Assembly (NCBI GenBank): GCA_029953675.1 | Contig: JAMWBK010000007.1 | Location: 434,001 to 498,000 of the forward strand | DNA length: 64,000 bases | Direction: 5' to 3' | From: Rhodosorus marinus CCMP1338 | Lineage: Eukaryota > Plantae > Rhodophyta | Shown: in pieces, positions 35,731 to 48,585 of the stretch | Layout of the letters: every line of letters begins with the position of its first letter | Numbering within the stretch: position 1 is the stretch's first letter | Notes under the pieces: generated by a model | The model's database searches: none | What the model was told of the DNA's origin: nothing | Seen by the model: the letters and a program-made list of their open reading frames with translations, nothing else | Program-made: the position numbers and the translations under genes

Positions 35731-38700
35731 CTCTCCCTAAACCCACCGCTCCAAACATATAACTCTCTCTATGTATATGTAGAGATATATGTGAACTGTT
35801 CTTTTCACAAATGCCAACTAGTTTCTCCCAAAACCATCCCCAGCCCACGAACTAACCTTCCCATCAGTCTCTTTCTGTCAACTGATGATCACGCTTCTTC
35901 TGACCAAAAACGGCGTTGTGTGTCCTAACTTAAACGTGCTGCTCCCTCCTCCCCAGCGACTTTCAAGACCAGGAAGCCGCCTTGCCTCTCTGACAACCCT
36001 TGTTCCTCCCTCCTCCTCAACAACTTTGCCCCGTCAAAGCCCAAGAAACCTCGCCTTCCGCCTCTAATCACACGTCCTGCTCACGCCCCTCCAACCGCTT
36101 TCTGCTTTCAAGGCCAAGGAACCGCTTTATGCGTCCCTAACCACACCGAGTTGCTCCTTCCTCATCAACAATTTTCTACTTCAAGACCAAGAAGCCACCT
36201 TTCCGTCTCGTAACCACGACGATTTGCTCCCTCCTCCGCAACGGCTTTCTGGGCTTCCAAAAAAAACAGGACGCCAGCCTTATGTCCCAAACTACGCAGA
36301 CTCACTCCTTCCTCCTCAACAAAATTCTTCGTCAAGAGCAAAAAAATTTCTCATTTATCAACCTGTCAGCTCTCTTCTATCTTTCGTTCTCAACAGCTTC
36401 AGCTCGAGAGGAGAAGACCACCAGTCATTCCGACCTCGGAGACCCTCTCGACTTCCAGTATCGCTTTCTTGTCTTGCGGTTCGTTTGGTTGGCTGGACGG
36501 AAGTATTCTTGTCTTTAACATCGACTTCATCTAGATCCTACCTACCCTGACAATCGTGAAAAAGCAGACGCAGATGGCACGTATCCAACAACCAAAAGCA
36601 CGGTCAGACCGTCAGTGAAGGTCACAAAGGCAGCTCCGCGAAGACTATCAACAGGAACTGAGTCTCGTAGGAAAGTGACACAGAAGTAAAACTAAAAGCT
36701 CTACGCAGACCAGAGGGTATTGAACAAACAGACAAGGGAACGACGAAAGGCGAAACGTAAAGAGTGCGTCATCGTCCCAGCGTTCTGTGACTGTTTTCAA
36801 GCAACTGCATTGAACTAGCTTCAGAATCACGATCGCGGCGTGTATGACGAGGAGCTTCTCCGTCTTCTTCGTGACGAACATCGAGGCGAGCTAAATTGGG
36901 CGAGGGAGGGAGTGGTTGGGAGGGCGGAGGGGGACGGAGAAGGGTTGTCGAGTTTACTCTTAGGTACTTCAGCTGTGGTGATGTTTTTGCAAGACCGATT
37001 TTTGGGACGATGGAGTTGTGACTGAAGTGGTGGGTTTGAGAGTATGGTTTTCCCTCCCAGCGCGTTCATGAAGGTGGAGTTGTAAATATCTTGGTGTGTT
37101 TTGAATGGGTTAGGAAGGAGAAAAGGGGGGAGGGATTGTGGGTTTTTCTTGAGTACTTTCAGAAGAGTGAGATCGAGGGGATGGCTTCTATTGGCTCCAA
37201 AGTCAATTTTCAATATCGTTGTTCGCGTTCGGAGGAGTTGTGTAACCGAACGGTTGCGTTTGAGAATCCTGGGTGAGAGGAACCATGGACTTTTCGTGGG
37301 TACTTTAGAACCCGTGATGCTGGTCCAGCTTAATTGCCGTGAAGGCGGAGTTGTAGCTGAAGTGGTATTTAGGAGACCATGATTTGAGACAGAGACGGTG
37401 GAGCGTGGGACGCAATGATATCGAGGCGTAAAAAATGAGCCAGGAAGTGAGACACTGTGTTCGGGTTTCCTTGTTGTTTCGGAACCCGTGATGTTGGTCA
37501 ATGTGTCTCGACAAGATTGGTGCAACCGAAGCCTTTTCTTTGGTACTTCAGGACTCGTGGTCTTGATGGGAGAGATATCGAAGAACTCTTTCCCTCGGAC
37601 CGCCATGAGGAAGCGAGACTCAGCATTTATTCCACTGCACGTTCCCCTCATCTCTACCTGAAGATTAAATGTTTGCTCGAATCCAATTCAACGCGGCAGA
37701 CCACCGACGCCATCCCCAATGACCAACCACAGCCGTAGAGAGTCATCTTCGCTCCAACTCCCGCTACACCTGATCCTGGAAAACTTCTGCCATAATACCA
37801 ACCATGTGTGGTCCATAGTAATCTAAGGCAGTAAAGACTCGAAAAGCCTTCAGAGAAGCTACTCCCCCACCTAAACAGCACTCACCAGTCCCGCATCGCT
37901 AAGCGCTAAAGGTTCACACCAACCTAAACAAGAAAATGCACCGAACTTTTGCAAAAGGGCACAACAAGTTCAATCATAATAACAATCATTTTAAGATATT
38001 GAATATTTAAATATATCTCAAACCCGAGATCCAAGTGTCAGACAGCGGACACAACAACCCCTTGCAGAGAAACGGGTGGAAACGCTTTAATCCATGTTTC
38101 TTGTAATATAAAATAAAAGGATGGTTTGCTATGAAAGGTGGGGAACGTACCTAACCCCTGTCCTGAAGCAACTTTGTGGGGCTTTTGTCAACTCGCCGTG
38201 ATGTTTGGTCTAGTTTTGGCTCTCGCATAGGGTTGTCGTCTCTGAACAAGGCGAGTTGCGGACCTTTGCGATCACTAATGATGAAGTCTGTAGGAGCACA
38301 CCGGTAGGTGATTTCAGCATCCCCAAGCATCTTGACACTCTCCCTCCTCCTCTCCACGATGGGGAGCCACTGCCGCTATCAGGGCGCACCCTTCGACACT
38401 AACGCGCCGTTGGAAAGCTAGAGCCAACAAAGCTCAACGAGGAGACCAAACCCGAGGCTTCTGCAGCGGGATCACGAAAACAGTCTTGGTGCTAAGGTGC
38501 GCCTAAACTCTCAACGAAAGCGACTAACTTCAATGACTAGCGGGACAAACCGGTGTGCACTGCCGACACCAGACCGGTCATCCCGGACACGCTAACAAAA
38601 AATTCTTAACTCTCTACCATGGCACCTCTCTAAATTTACACCACACACCCCTAATTAAACCAGTATTTATTCCTATTATTCAATGATATATCTTACATCT

Positions 38701-39316
38701 AGACTAATCAACCTAGTTACCTTTTTTTACGCTGTGGACTGTCATCCTAAAATCTATCTATTTGAGAATATCTTTCTAAATTATACCTACCACTTAAAAA
38801 TCCCCCCCCCCACCCGCTTTCAAAAAGTCCAACCCACTTCGAGAATGTCTACGTTAATTAACAACAATTATTGCCCAGAAGAAAATTAATTTTATGATTA
38901 TTCTATATAAATATGCTAAATGTATCTTAAATTTCTAGTTATGGTTTTTTTGGGGTTGGTTATGACGGTCATGGGCGAAGCTTTTAGTTCACCGTTTCTT
39001 GGTTGGGTTTCTGGAAGGTTTGAAGAAATGCCCTTTTTTGGAGGGTTTTTCGAAGGTGGATAAGAAGGGAAGTTGGGTTTGGGAGTTTTGGTGGAAGGAA
39101 AGGGGGAGGAGGAAGAGGGAGGGATGGCGGATTGGTAGAGGTTGGACAGACATGGTGTTGTGAGCTCTAGTAGCTTTTTGCCTTCTGTTGGTCCGTTTTT
39201 CTTTGGTAGTGAGGGTATTTGTACTTGTTTTGTACCTGAGGAGGTAGCTGGAGGATTGTGTTTTTGGTCCGTGTCTGTTGAAGGAGGGGATTGGTCTTGG
39301 AGTGTTTCGGTTGGAG

Positions 39317-39787
39317 ATGGCTTGTTTTGTAGGGAGTGGATTCGGGTACGGGAGTGTGAGCAAGCGAAGGCGGGTTTTTAAATGTGGGAGGATGCGTATG
39401 GCTGGGAATGATATGGATGATCAGAAGCTGAACGCGGAGTTGCAGAGGAGAGTAAGGGAGCTGTTTGGGAGCGCCCAGGGGGAGAGTCTGAACGGTGTTC
39501 CGGATAGGAAAGAGGGGGAGTACAGTTTCGAGCCGCAGAATTCTGGGGACCCTTTGAGCGCGCCCTCCAGAGGAAGTAGACAGGATGCTCTGTTTACGCT
39601 CACGTCGATTGCCGTTATGTCCGTGATTGCGGGAATACTTTTCACGTTCCTTTTTGAGTCGGGTTACATCCATGACGCGTCCCAAGATCGTCCGTACTAT
39701 AACATGCCTACGTATGGTACAACCTCTTACATCGAACCAGTTGAGCTTCTCACAAAAGAATTCGGAGCAATGGAGAAAGGCGAATGA
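39317..39787 (+). CDS. Hypothetical single-transmembrane protein with plastid-type presequence
   Basis: MACFVGSGFG start after a G/T-rich leader, hydrophobic ALFTLTSIAVMSVIAGILFTFLF, intronless open frame. Confidence 0.7.
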   Translation: MACFVGSGFGYGSVSKRRRVFKCGRMRMAGNDMDDQKLNAELQRRVRELFGSAQGESLNGVPDRKEGEYSFEPQNSGDPLSAPSRGSRQDALFTLTSIAVMSVIAGILFTFLFESGYIHDASQDRPYYNMPTYGTTSYIEPVELLTKEFGAMEKGE

Positions 39788-40327
39788 GAAGGTCTCGGAG
39801 TAGAAAGTTGGATTGGGGGGCACTGCTGAGTGAACCCAGGGTAGATGGGAAGGGATTGGGAATAGGACCTTTGGGGAAAAGGCGAAAAAACTGGCTTCTT
39901 CTTCTTGTCTTTGTGGTTGAGAGCTGTAGTGGTCGGACTTCGTGTCTCTCCTGAGGATCCTCCACTAGCATTGACTCAACGAACTGTATAGAAGAATAAA
40001 TTTTGCTTGCAGGGCAGACCGCTTAGGTCGTCCCTGACTTCACAGACTTTCTTGAATTTGCTGCTACGGTGTTGTTTTTTTTTAATGTTTGATCGAAGCT
40101 GTGGAGCCTGTGCTTGGCACAAGTGCTGCTGCTTGACGACTTAAGAATTCTTTTTTTCGGTTCCTATATGCATACCCGACACATCGAGAATTCGTTCACT
40201 AAAGGACACGGAATCTGCGCAGAAAGTTTCCAGTCTGTTCCTCTTTTGGGGGTTGCAGTTCACATTTGATAAGTGTTTACTCCCGCTTACGGTATATATA
40301 GGCGAAGTACGCTTTCGAGAAAAGCCT

Positions 40328-41779
40328 TCAGCGAACTGGAGTGCACGCCTTCAAAAGTCCGCTAACCTCTTCAAAATCTATAGAGTCCAAGCGCGCGTCG
40401 AAAAGCCTTCCAGGTTGCCGCATGGCAATATCTGGCGATATGCCCATCCCATTAATCTCGTTTCCCTTTGGTGTTAAATACTTGGCAACAGTGAGCACGA
40501 CCGCAGACCCATCAGAAAGACCGAATACCCCTAAGGAGCGAGTAACATCAGTGAGAGCTCAGATCTTGTCCCCGCTCACAGACCCTTGTTAACATAGACG
40601 AATGGACCCCAAAGCGTACCTTGGATAACGCCCTTGCCGTAGGTAGTTTGGCCCACCGACACGGCTCTACAATTCTCTCTCAGCGCTGAGAGAAGCACCT
40701 CGCTCGCGCTTGCACTATACTTGTCAGTTATCACTACCATCGGCTCGCGTATGAGGTCATGTTTGCCTACTTCCTTGGCGAAAAGAGTGCTCTGATGCCC
40801 AGTCTTGTCTGTTACCTTTATGGCCGGGACGTTGCTGTCCATGAAAAGACCCGCGACATCAAGGGCCCCCTCGACAACCCCGCCCAAGTTTGATCTGAGA
40901 TCCAGAGCATAGTAATCGGGCTTCTCCTTCTCAAGTTCCTGAATCGCATCTCTAACGCCGAGGTTGCTGGCTGCATTGAATTCCTTCATACGTATGTACC
41001 CAACGCGCTTTCCGTTCACTTCCTGGTTGCGAGGAGGATGCACGCGTTCAGTCGATTCTGGCAGACTTCGGTCAGGAAAGCAAACGCCTGGAACGTACCT
41101 TCATTTTGTACTTTACAGGATTCTCGACCGTACTTTTCCTCACAAGCGTCACCTCACGGGCAGGTTGATCCGCGGTCTTCAAAAGTAAGGTAACCGAGGA
41201 TCCTTCTTCCCCTTGCAACATCTCCAGAGCACTCGCGGGGGTCAAGTGGCTGCTTGGGATTCCGGCAATTGCTTCTACAACATCCCCGCGACGCACAGAC
41301 TCCTGCGCAGCGGAAGTGTCTGGACGCGGAGTGGATGCAACAATGAACCGTCCTAGCTGATCTGATGAAAGCAGCAGGCCCAAGCCAGTGATGTCGTACT
41401 TGGCGAGCTTATTGAAGTCTTCCGGTGTCAAAAAGCGCGCATACTTGTCCTCCAGAGACTTCATCATGCGTCGAATTGTAGCGTACGCCTCATCCCTCTC
41501 CTTAGGCTGATCCTTTGTAGATTGAAGAAGCACAGCATCGAGGTCAATACCAGCGATGTTGAGAGAATTCCTCTTTACAAGCTCCGCAGCTTCCCTCACT
41601 ATATCGTTGTTGATATCAGCCGAGACAACGCCTGCGGGGCCGCCGGCAGCAAGCGCGAATCCAAGCATGGCTCCAGCAGCACCAGCCCGGACACACCTTC
41701 CCCAGTTCAATCTGCATACCACCGCCGTCCTACCAGCCCGGCCAGACCCTCCAACTCCTACACCAGCAATAAACCCCAT
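40328..41779 (-). CDS. ctpA: C-terminal processing peptidase (S41, CtpA family), multi-exon
   Basis: MMKSLEDKYARFLTP, PDZ (ITGLGLLL...RRGDVVEAIAG), VGYIRMKEFN, LDLRSNLGG, SASASEVL, TYGKGVIQ, DGSAVVLTVAKYLTPKGNEINGMGISPD. Confidence 0.92.
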
Positions 41780-43841
41780 CGCTTCAAAGCTTTCTATCCC
41801 AAACCTCCCATTTGTAAAAACAGACAACAAGAAAACTTGCTAAAGCTGAATCCCACAAACTGAACACAGACCCTACTCCAGTCGATCCTTCAAGATCGGG
41901 TCCCCCCCTCTTTAAGAAGGCAAAAAAAAAAAATTAGCTCCCACTCCCAAGCCCTGGAATCCAGTCCCCCAAAATTCTCACTTCACGCTGACTCCTAACT
42001 CACCCAGATCAATCTCCAGCAAACTTCGTCATCAAAAACCTTTGGCTCGGTTGCACACTATCCTATATAGAAAAAAGAGCTTTCCAGCCTTCCACACGTC
42101 GTCCTCACGAAAGGTCCACCATCATTCTCCACCACGGTCATCAGTGATTGTTTCCAATCTCCAAGCCCTCCCACGAGCCGCCCCCCTTTTTCATCATCCC
42201 GTACCCCTTACCTTTTTCCAACATTTATGAATAAAACTTAAAAAACCATATATCCTCTATGTTATTTCACTATTCATATATTTAAAATCAAATTATATAT
42301 TGACGCGTGGCGTTGATTTATTTATATTAATATTCATTACATATTATCCAATTATTTAATATCCACGTGTCTATAAGAGGATTTTTCACGATATAAATTG
42401 GGTAAGAATAGTATTGGTTTTATTTTATGAATTAGATGTATTTTTAAACGAATTAAGTTCTAACGCGTGGCCTTATGTCCGAATTTTTATCACTATATCT
42501 TCTATTTAATTCAATTGTCTATATCCACGCGTCCTAAAAGTTAGTCTCGAATTTGGATTGGATAAACGTGTTTATTTGTGAAAAATAAGGTTCGCGCTTT
42601 TTTTGGATGGTCGTTGGCTTACTGAGAGAGCGCGAGTTAGGACTGTTCGGGGTCCTGTGGGAGCTGACTTTGGAGAGGTGCTGAACAGAATGTACTGCCT
42701 TTTGCATAAGTTTATCATGTTTTTAAGAATCTATGGTCTTGTATTTCTCTTGAATGTGAAGGCGCTGCTCGTCGGTTTGAGCATTTCCGCTGAGATGACC
42801 AAAAGCATAGGATGTAGATGAGTTACAGACAAGGACATTAATGGATGCATATCAGTTGCACGGAAGAAAACTACTGTGGTCCGTAAAATCTAGGATGCAA
42901 GTTAGTTATAGACAGGATTGTTGCTGTTATCATGATAAAGACGTGACGCAGATGTTGGACAGCCAGTGGATAGCTTCTAGGCGAAGGAACGGTCAATCTC
43001 AAGTCGCTTCTAGCGCAGCACAATTCTGCTCTCGTGGACCGTGACGATCGAGTATCGGATCACTTATAAATACTAGCGGATTACTTACACATGGAGTTTT
43101 TGACTTCTGTCAAAGCGCAACCAACGGATGAATGACAAGCTTGAGCCAGACTCGTGTCTGTGAGAGATGATTTAGCTCCGCTGGAACTGTTCCGAGTTCA
43201 TCTAAAATTTCTTGCAGTAATTTCGAGGCTTATGATTCTGAAGTATTTCGAGAGTTTCCCTGACCCACCCCCGAAGTCGCCTCAGTACACTACCACATCA
43301 GCCCGTCTTCGCCGATTCAGCTTTAATGTCAAAACTGTTTTTACGGAACGCTCTCTACTGATCACCAGGACAAGAACTTACAGCAGACCATCCAAAAATT
43401 CCAGAACGGAAAAGCCGTTGATAACCGAATCCACTTCGTCCTAATGAAAGTAGACCCGTTCCTACCATTCGCTCTATTGGCATGGTGGAAATGGTCCGGA
43501 AACTGGCCGCTCGTTGGCCGGTCAAGGTTTTGGTCCCCAAACGACGTCTCCAATTCCAAGCGAACAGACTGCTAGTGCCTTGCCAGACGAAACGTTGGAA
43601 CGAATCAGCCAGAGCTTGTAACTGAATCTACAGGACTTCAGAAGCCCTGTTGAAAACCTCAAAAGCTGTAGAACAGAATCGACATCTAAAGCAAAAACCC
43701 GATGTTCATCCTCGTGAGTAGCAACCGACACGCTCCGACAGTACCGCGAAGGTGGGCAGGATGTTTGAAGCTGTTTGCTGGAGTGTTGGGGAAGTATGCT
43801 GGAGAGCTTTCCAGAGTCTTTATAGGGCAGAAGATTAAATT

Positions 43842-45177
43842 ATGCCCGGCTTCAACATCAAGAAGAAGAAGCAGTACGGTTTGGTCGCAGGGGGTTCGAA
43901 GAAACCTTTGTTTGGTGGCGGTTCTGGGGATGATGGAGAGAGTGACGATGAAGATGATATCGCGGCTTCGATTGCGCGGGAGTCGGCGATCAAGAAGGCA
44001 AAGGCTGAACGTGAGAGAGCTGAGAAGCTGGTAGAGGATGATCCCAACCTATACGACTACGATGGGGCCTATGATGCGCTTCAGAAGGAGAGGAAGTAAG
44101 TATCTTGATCGCCGCTTGTTTTACGGGAAGCGGGAGACGAGAGATTTGGTGATGGCTAAGCGTATGTTCGGGTTTCACAACCATTTAATGATGCTTTTGA
44201 TAGAGCTCAGAAGGATTCGAAGAAGAATGCTCCGAGAGAAAGCAAGTACATCTCAAAGCTGAAGGCGACAGCAGAAGATAGACAGGAAGAACACGAACGA
44301 GTTATGGAGAGAAAGATCCAGCGTGAACAAGAAGAAGATGTGAGCATCTGCCAAAGAAACTCCGTTTCATCAGATTTTTTGCCTGACCTCCTTCAGACTT
44401 GGTATTGCAATTCTCTAGGCGCATCTCTACGGTGATAAGGAGAAGTTCGTCACCCGGGCGTACAAAGAGAAGCTTGATGAGAGAAAACAAAAAGATGCAG
44501 AACGCGAAGCAAAGGAGAAAGCGGAGGAAGCCTCTGATTCAGCTGGAAGGAAGAACATGACGTCGTTCTATTACAATATGCTCAATCGAGAGCAGCCAGC
44601 TGAGGGCAAGGTATCAAACCTCACACATAGTGAACAGGCAAACGTCTACCCAATAGTAGACTCCTGAACCGCTTCGTCTTCATCGTACTCCTTCCCACGG
44701 CAGACGAAAGACGCTGATCAGACTCTCAACGCCGCAGAAGAAGATGATCACCGCGCAGCCCGTGGCATGTCGCTGTCTCTCAAGAATGCAGATCCGAAGT
44801 TTGAAGAAGCACAGCACTCCTCCCAGCCTAGGAGAGGAGATTCAGACAGAACTAATGATGAACAAGGTTCCCGGCCAGGTAAGGCTGCTGAGCAGAGAGG
44901 GAAAGATATTCCGGATACTTGATGGGCTAAAGACCATCATTTGGGATGTCCTAGATCTTGGCGTCACTCATGTAAAAGGATTTCTTACCCCTTTACTCTT
45001 GCTGAGATAGGTGCGACCGAAGCTCAACCCGAGGCTAAGAAAGAAACCAAGCGCGAGCGCGCCGTTCGGCTCAACAAGAGAAGAAACGACGATGCCGCGA
45101 TTGAAGCGGCAAGACAAAGGTATTTTAAGCGAGTTGCTGAGAAGGAGGAAAAGACGGCGGAAGGAGCTAGGACGTGA
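43842..45177 (+). CDS. NSRP1: NSRP1/CCDC55 (DUF2040) splicing regulator, multi-exon
   Basis: DPNLYDYDGAYDALQ, ERKIQREQEED, YGDKEKFVTRAYKEKL, IEAARQRYFKR. Confidence 0.85.
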
Positions 45178-47184
45178 CTCTCCGGGGTACGAAGTAAGCA
45201 GAGGCAACTGGCTTCTTCGCCAAATATTGTGGACTTCAGCGATGCCTCCAGCAGCGGGTTCTCGCCTGACAGTGGAGAAACTATCACTTGAAAAGATCTT
45301 CTACATGCTATGCACAGCGCTTCTCTGGTAATCCGCTCGTGTCTTCACGGCGAGTATTGCTTGGAGGACGCCAGAACGTGGTTCTATTTAAATAGACAAA
45401 TGCCGGAGAGAGCCGGTTCCTCATTCTCCCCCGGCTTGGGAGAACACCGAATGTACTGGCTATTATGACAACTGAATAGTACAACAGACGTCCCGCCAAT
45501 GCAGGATGTTCGTCCAATCCTAGGAGCCCCGGAGCGCGCACATCGAGGATTGATCAAGGATTGATCGAAAGGTTTGGCAACCAGAAACCTATACGATACG
45601 GTCGCCAATCGAAAAGATCTATTGACGGCAAAAGTGGCCACAAAGCGTCTGAGTTGCTTACGCACTCTTAGCTATAGAAACAATCGCATTGGTAGTACAG
45701 GAGGGTACTAGATGACTACCAAACCGCGATGCCACAGAGAGCTTTGTCAGCCATGTACAAAAACAAGGAATTCACCGCATTTGTACATATACCTGCCTCT
45801 ACAGAAGAAGACGCATCACTCTGTTCCAGACGAAGCAGGGTAAAGTATGCCTATAGAGGGGTTGGAAGGAGGGTCTTTGTCTTGACCCTCCTCTACACAG
45901 GCCCACCACCGATGAGGATGCCATACCCGGTTCGTTTCGTTATGCAGGGGGACAGGAGCGGTTCAAGTTGCTAATCTTCCAGTACGCCTTTTGGACGACC
46001 TGAGATGTGTACAGGGAGTAGATCATAACATCCAAGACCGTCCAAAGCGTCTGAGCAGAGGACTCTGTCCACCGATCCTAATAGACATAAGATCCTTGAT
46101 TGGACAAGAGTATCAATATGAACCTTGGCGCGTACCTGATTGGCTAAATCGATATATCAATTCAGTACAAGTCAATCGCCGATCTTCAATCTAATTTTTT
46201 CCGAAAATATGCTTTGACGAATCTCGGTGAGGAATGGACTTTCTGAAGCAATGCTTCGCACCCTGGCAAGAACCTTTGCGATGGGTTAAGGGAGAGCTGC
46301 GTGTAGAAAGGCCAAGCCAGGTCATATCAATGGACGAAGCTGGTGTGCGTCATAGATCTGTGAGGGAGGACAATAGCCTCGAAGAGTAGAAGATCATAGT
46401 TCATGAATCGACGGTCTACAGGTGTATTGAGCAGCCGGCTCAACTATTTTTTTGTTTTTGTTTGCACCTGACTCGATCCTGGGGGAGGTGATCACCACAA
46501 CCTGATCAGTTGAAGAGTAGAATTGACATCTTCCAGCTTATGCTTGTCTTTTGAACGATTTTCGCAAGTTCAAAGAATTCCTTTCAAGCGCTAAAATCTT
46601 AAGCTGCGCCACTCCAATATCCACAGCATTGTTCACTCATATCTGCTCTTCAGATCAACAGGTACTAGACAACAATTGGGATAGCGGCCAGGCAATGATG
46701 TGAAGTAACACCTAGAGCAGAACAATCGAATATAGACGTTCTAGAGCGCAATCTGCACTCTCAGCCGAGGAGTCGGCACAGTGTCTTGCTTCTATTCACA
46801 CAGGAAATCAGATGACGGCTCTGGGCAAATGATACCGCGACGGGACGGACCGGAGAAAGTCAGCCGATCCGGATAAATTCTTCATATCCCGAGAAGCAAT
46901 GATCAAGAACATCCGTACCATGTTCGATCCTCTTCATTGTCTGTAAGTTATTAGGGATACTTGCAAAGTTTCAATACTGACGCGCCCAGATGCCCCCGTA
47001 GTAATACTAGGCATCTTCGCTTGGATGTCGCTACGGATCCGGATGGGGACGGTGATCCAGAGCCGTTGGAGTCGGAGCGGGAACGGCATCTCACTGTGTT
47101 CATGGGTAATGTCTTATCAGACAGACATTGTTGCTTATTGAGTTTCGTCGTTGTCGTAGCGGTGAAGCTCACGCGATTCCACTA

Positions 47185-48195
47185 ATGTTGGGGTTTGTGC
47201 CTGGACTCGGTGGGGTTCCGAAGGGGCGATCCTGCTCAGTACTGAGAGTCGAGGCAGCTCCAGCGTCTAGGAAAGGGCTAGATTTGAAAGGAGTCGCGTG
47301 GAAGGGTTTAATTGGGATAGTGAGGGCGAAGATAATAAGGGATGCGGAGCAGAAGCATAGAATACCATGGACGAAGTCCGTGCAATGGGTTCGGGATCAG
47401 AAGGCAGTGCTTGAGAAGGAGGAGGAGGCTCTAACGAATCCAGACGTTGACTATCCTGAGTACTTTCTACGAAAGTTTCATTCATATGAAGATGGAAACC
47501 TTGATGTCATGGCGGTTGAAGAACTCGATCCGGCTACAAGTGCTCTTGCGTGCCGGCTTTACGAACCAGAAATCGTGTCCGGAGATTGGGAGTATCAAGA
47601 GGCTGCTACAGAATTGAGGAACCAATTCCTTGAGCAAATTGGGAGCTACCAAAGTCTCTACGGAGGGAATGTTGAGCCTCGCCGTATTCTAGACATAGGT
47701 GGTTCAGCAATACACAGCACAGAGCCCATTGCAGACTACTTTCCAACTGCTAAGGTAACTGTTGTGGACCTCAGCCCAAAGTATCTTGCACTCGGCGTCG
47801 TACGTGGGCGCCAGAAGGGACTACTCGACAGAATAGATTTCCTCCACGCAAACGCGGAGTACCTGGATCAGTTCATTCCGAATGGGTCTGTGGATTTAGT
47901 TTGCGCGAGCTTCTTGCTGCACGAGCTTCCCACCACGGCCACAACGGAAGTGCTAAAGCAGGTACTACAGGCTCTAAAGCCCGGCGCGGGATTGGCGATT
48001 ACTGACAACGACCCGGTGCACGATGCCAAGATCCCAAAGCTCGTATTGGGCATGCACTACCTTACAGAGCCATGGAAGGGACAGTACTCAAAGCTTGACG
48101 TACAGGCTTTGCTAGAAGAGCTAGGCTTCGTCGACGTAGTCATCAACCAGATCAACAGGAAACATAGAGCGATTCTGGCGAGAAAACCCGACTAA
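47185..48195 (+). CDS. Class I SAM-dependent methyltransferase of cyanobacterial/plastid type, intronless
   Basis: MLGFVPG start, YPEYFLRKFHSYEDGNL, RRILDIGGS, VDLSPKYL, HANAEYL, FLLHELP, LKPGAGLAITD. Confidence 0.88.
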   Translation: MLGFVPGLGGVPKGRSCSVLRVEAAPASRKGLDLKGVAWKGLIGIVRAKIIRDAEQKHRIPWTKSVQWVRDQKAVLEKEEEALTNPDVDYPEYFLRKFHSYEDGNLDVMAVEELDPATSALACRLYEPEIVSGDWEYQEAATELRNQFLEQIGSYQSLYGGNVEPRRILDIGGSAIHSTEPIADYFPTAKVTVVDLSPKYLALGVVRGRQKGLLDRIDFLHANAEYLDQFIPNGSVDLVCASFLLHELPTTATTEVLKQVLQALKPGAGLAITDNDPVHDAKIPKLVLGMHYLTEPWKGQYSKLDVQALLEELGFVDVVINQINRKHRAILARKPD

Positions 48196-48354
48196 AGCCG
48201 TTGCTGGAGTGAGCGGCCAACTGAACAAATGAAAGCCAAATTTCACGCTTAAAAATATTGGGGCAAAGACGTCTGAAGGCTCCTGTTACAGGCAACGTCC
48301 TCCGCCAACTTCTTCTTTCCGAAATTTCTGAATAAAATTTCTGGGCCAAAAGTA

Positions 48355-48585
48355 GATGGCCGTTGATACCAGGTGTCTCCGGTCAGACATACAAAGCCAT
48401 CGGGTATCCTGGTCCTGGAGATCCAAGGTGGAGCCATTTTACGTTGAAACCATCGGGCCGAGTAAAGACACTATGAAGATGGCGGTTGATACCTGATGTC
48501 TCTCGTCGGACATACAACGCCAACATTCTCCTGGGACAGGAGATCGAAAGTAAGACTATATTACATTAAAACCATCGGGCCGAGT
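48355..48585. repeat. Degenerate tandem duplication with about 123-bp period; more diverged copies to about 48925
   Basis: GATGG(C/G)CGTTGATACC...AAACCATCGGGCCGAGT at 48355-48463 and 48478-48585. Confidence 0.8.
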
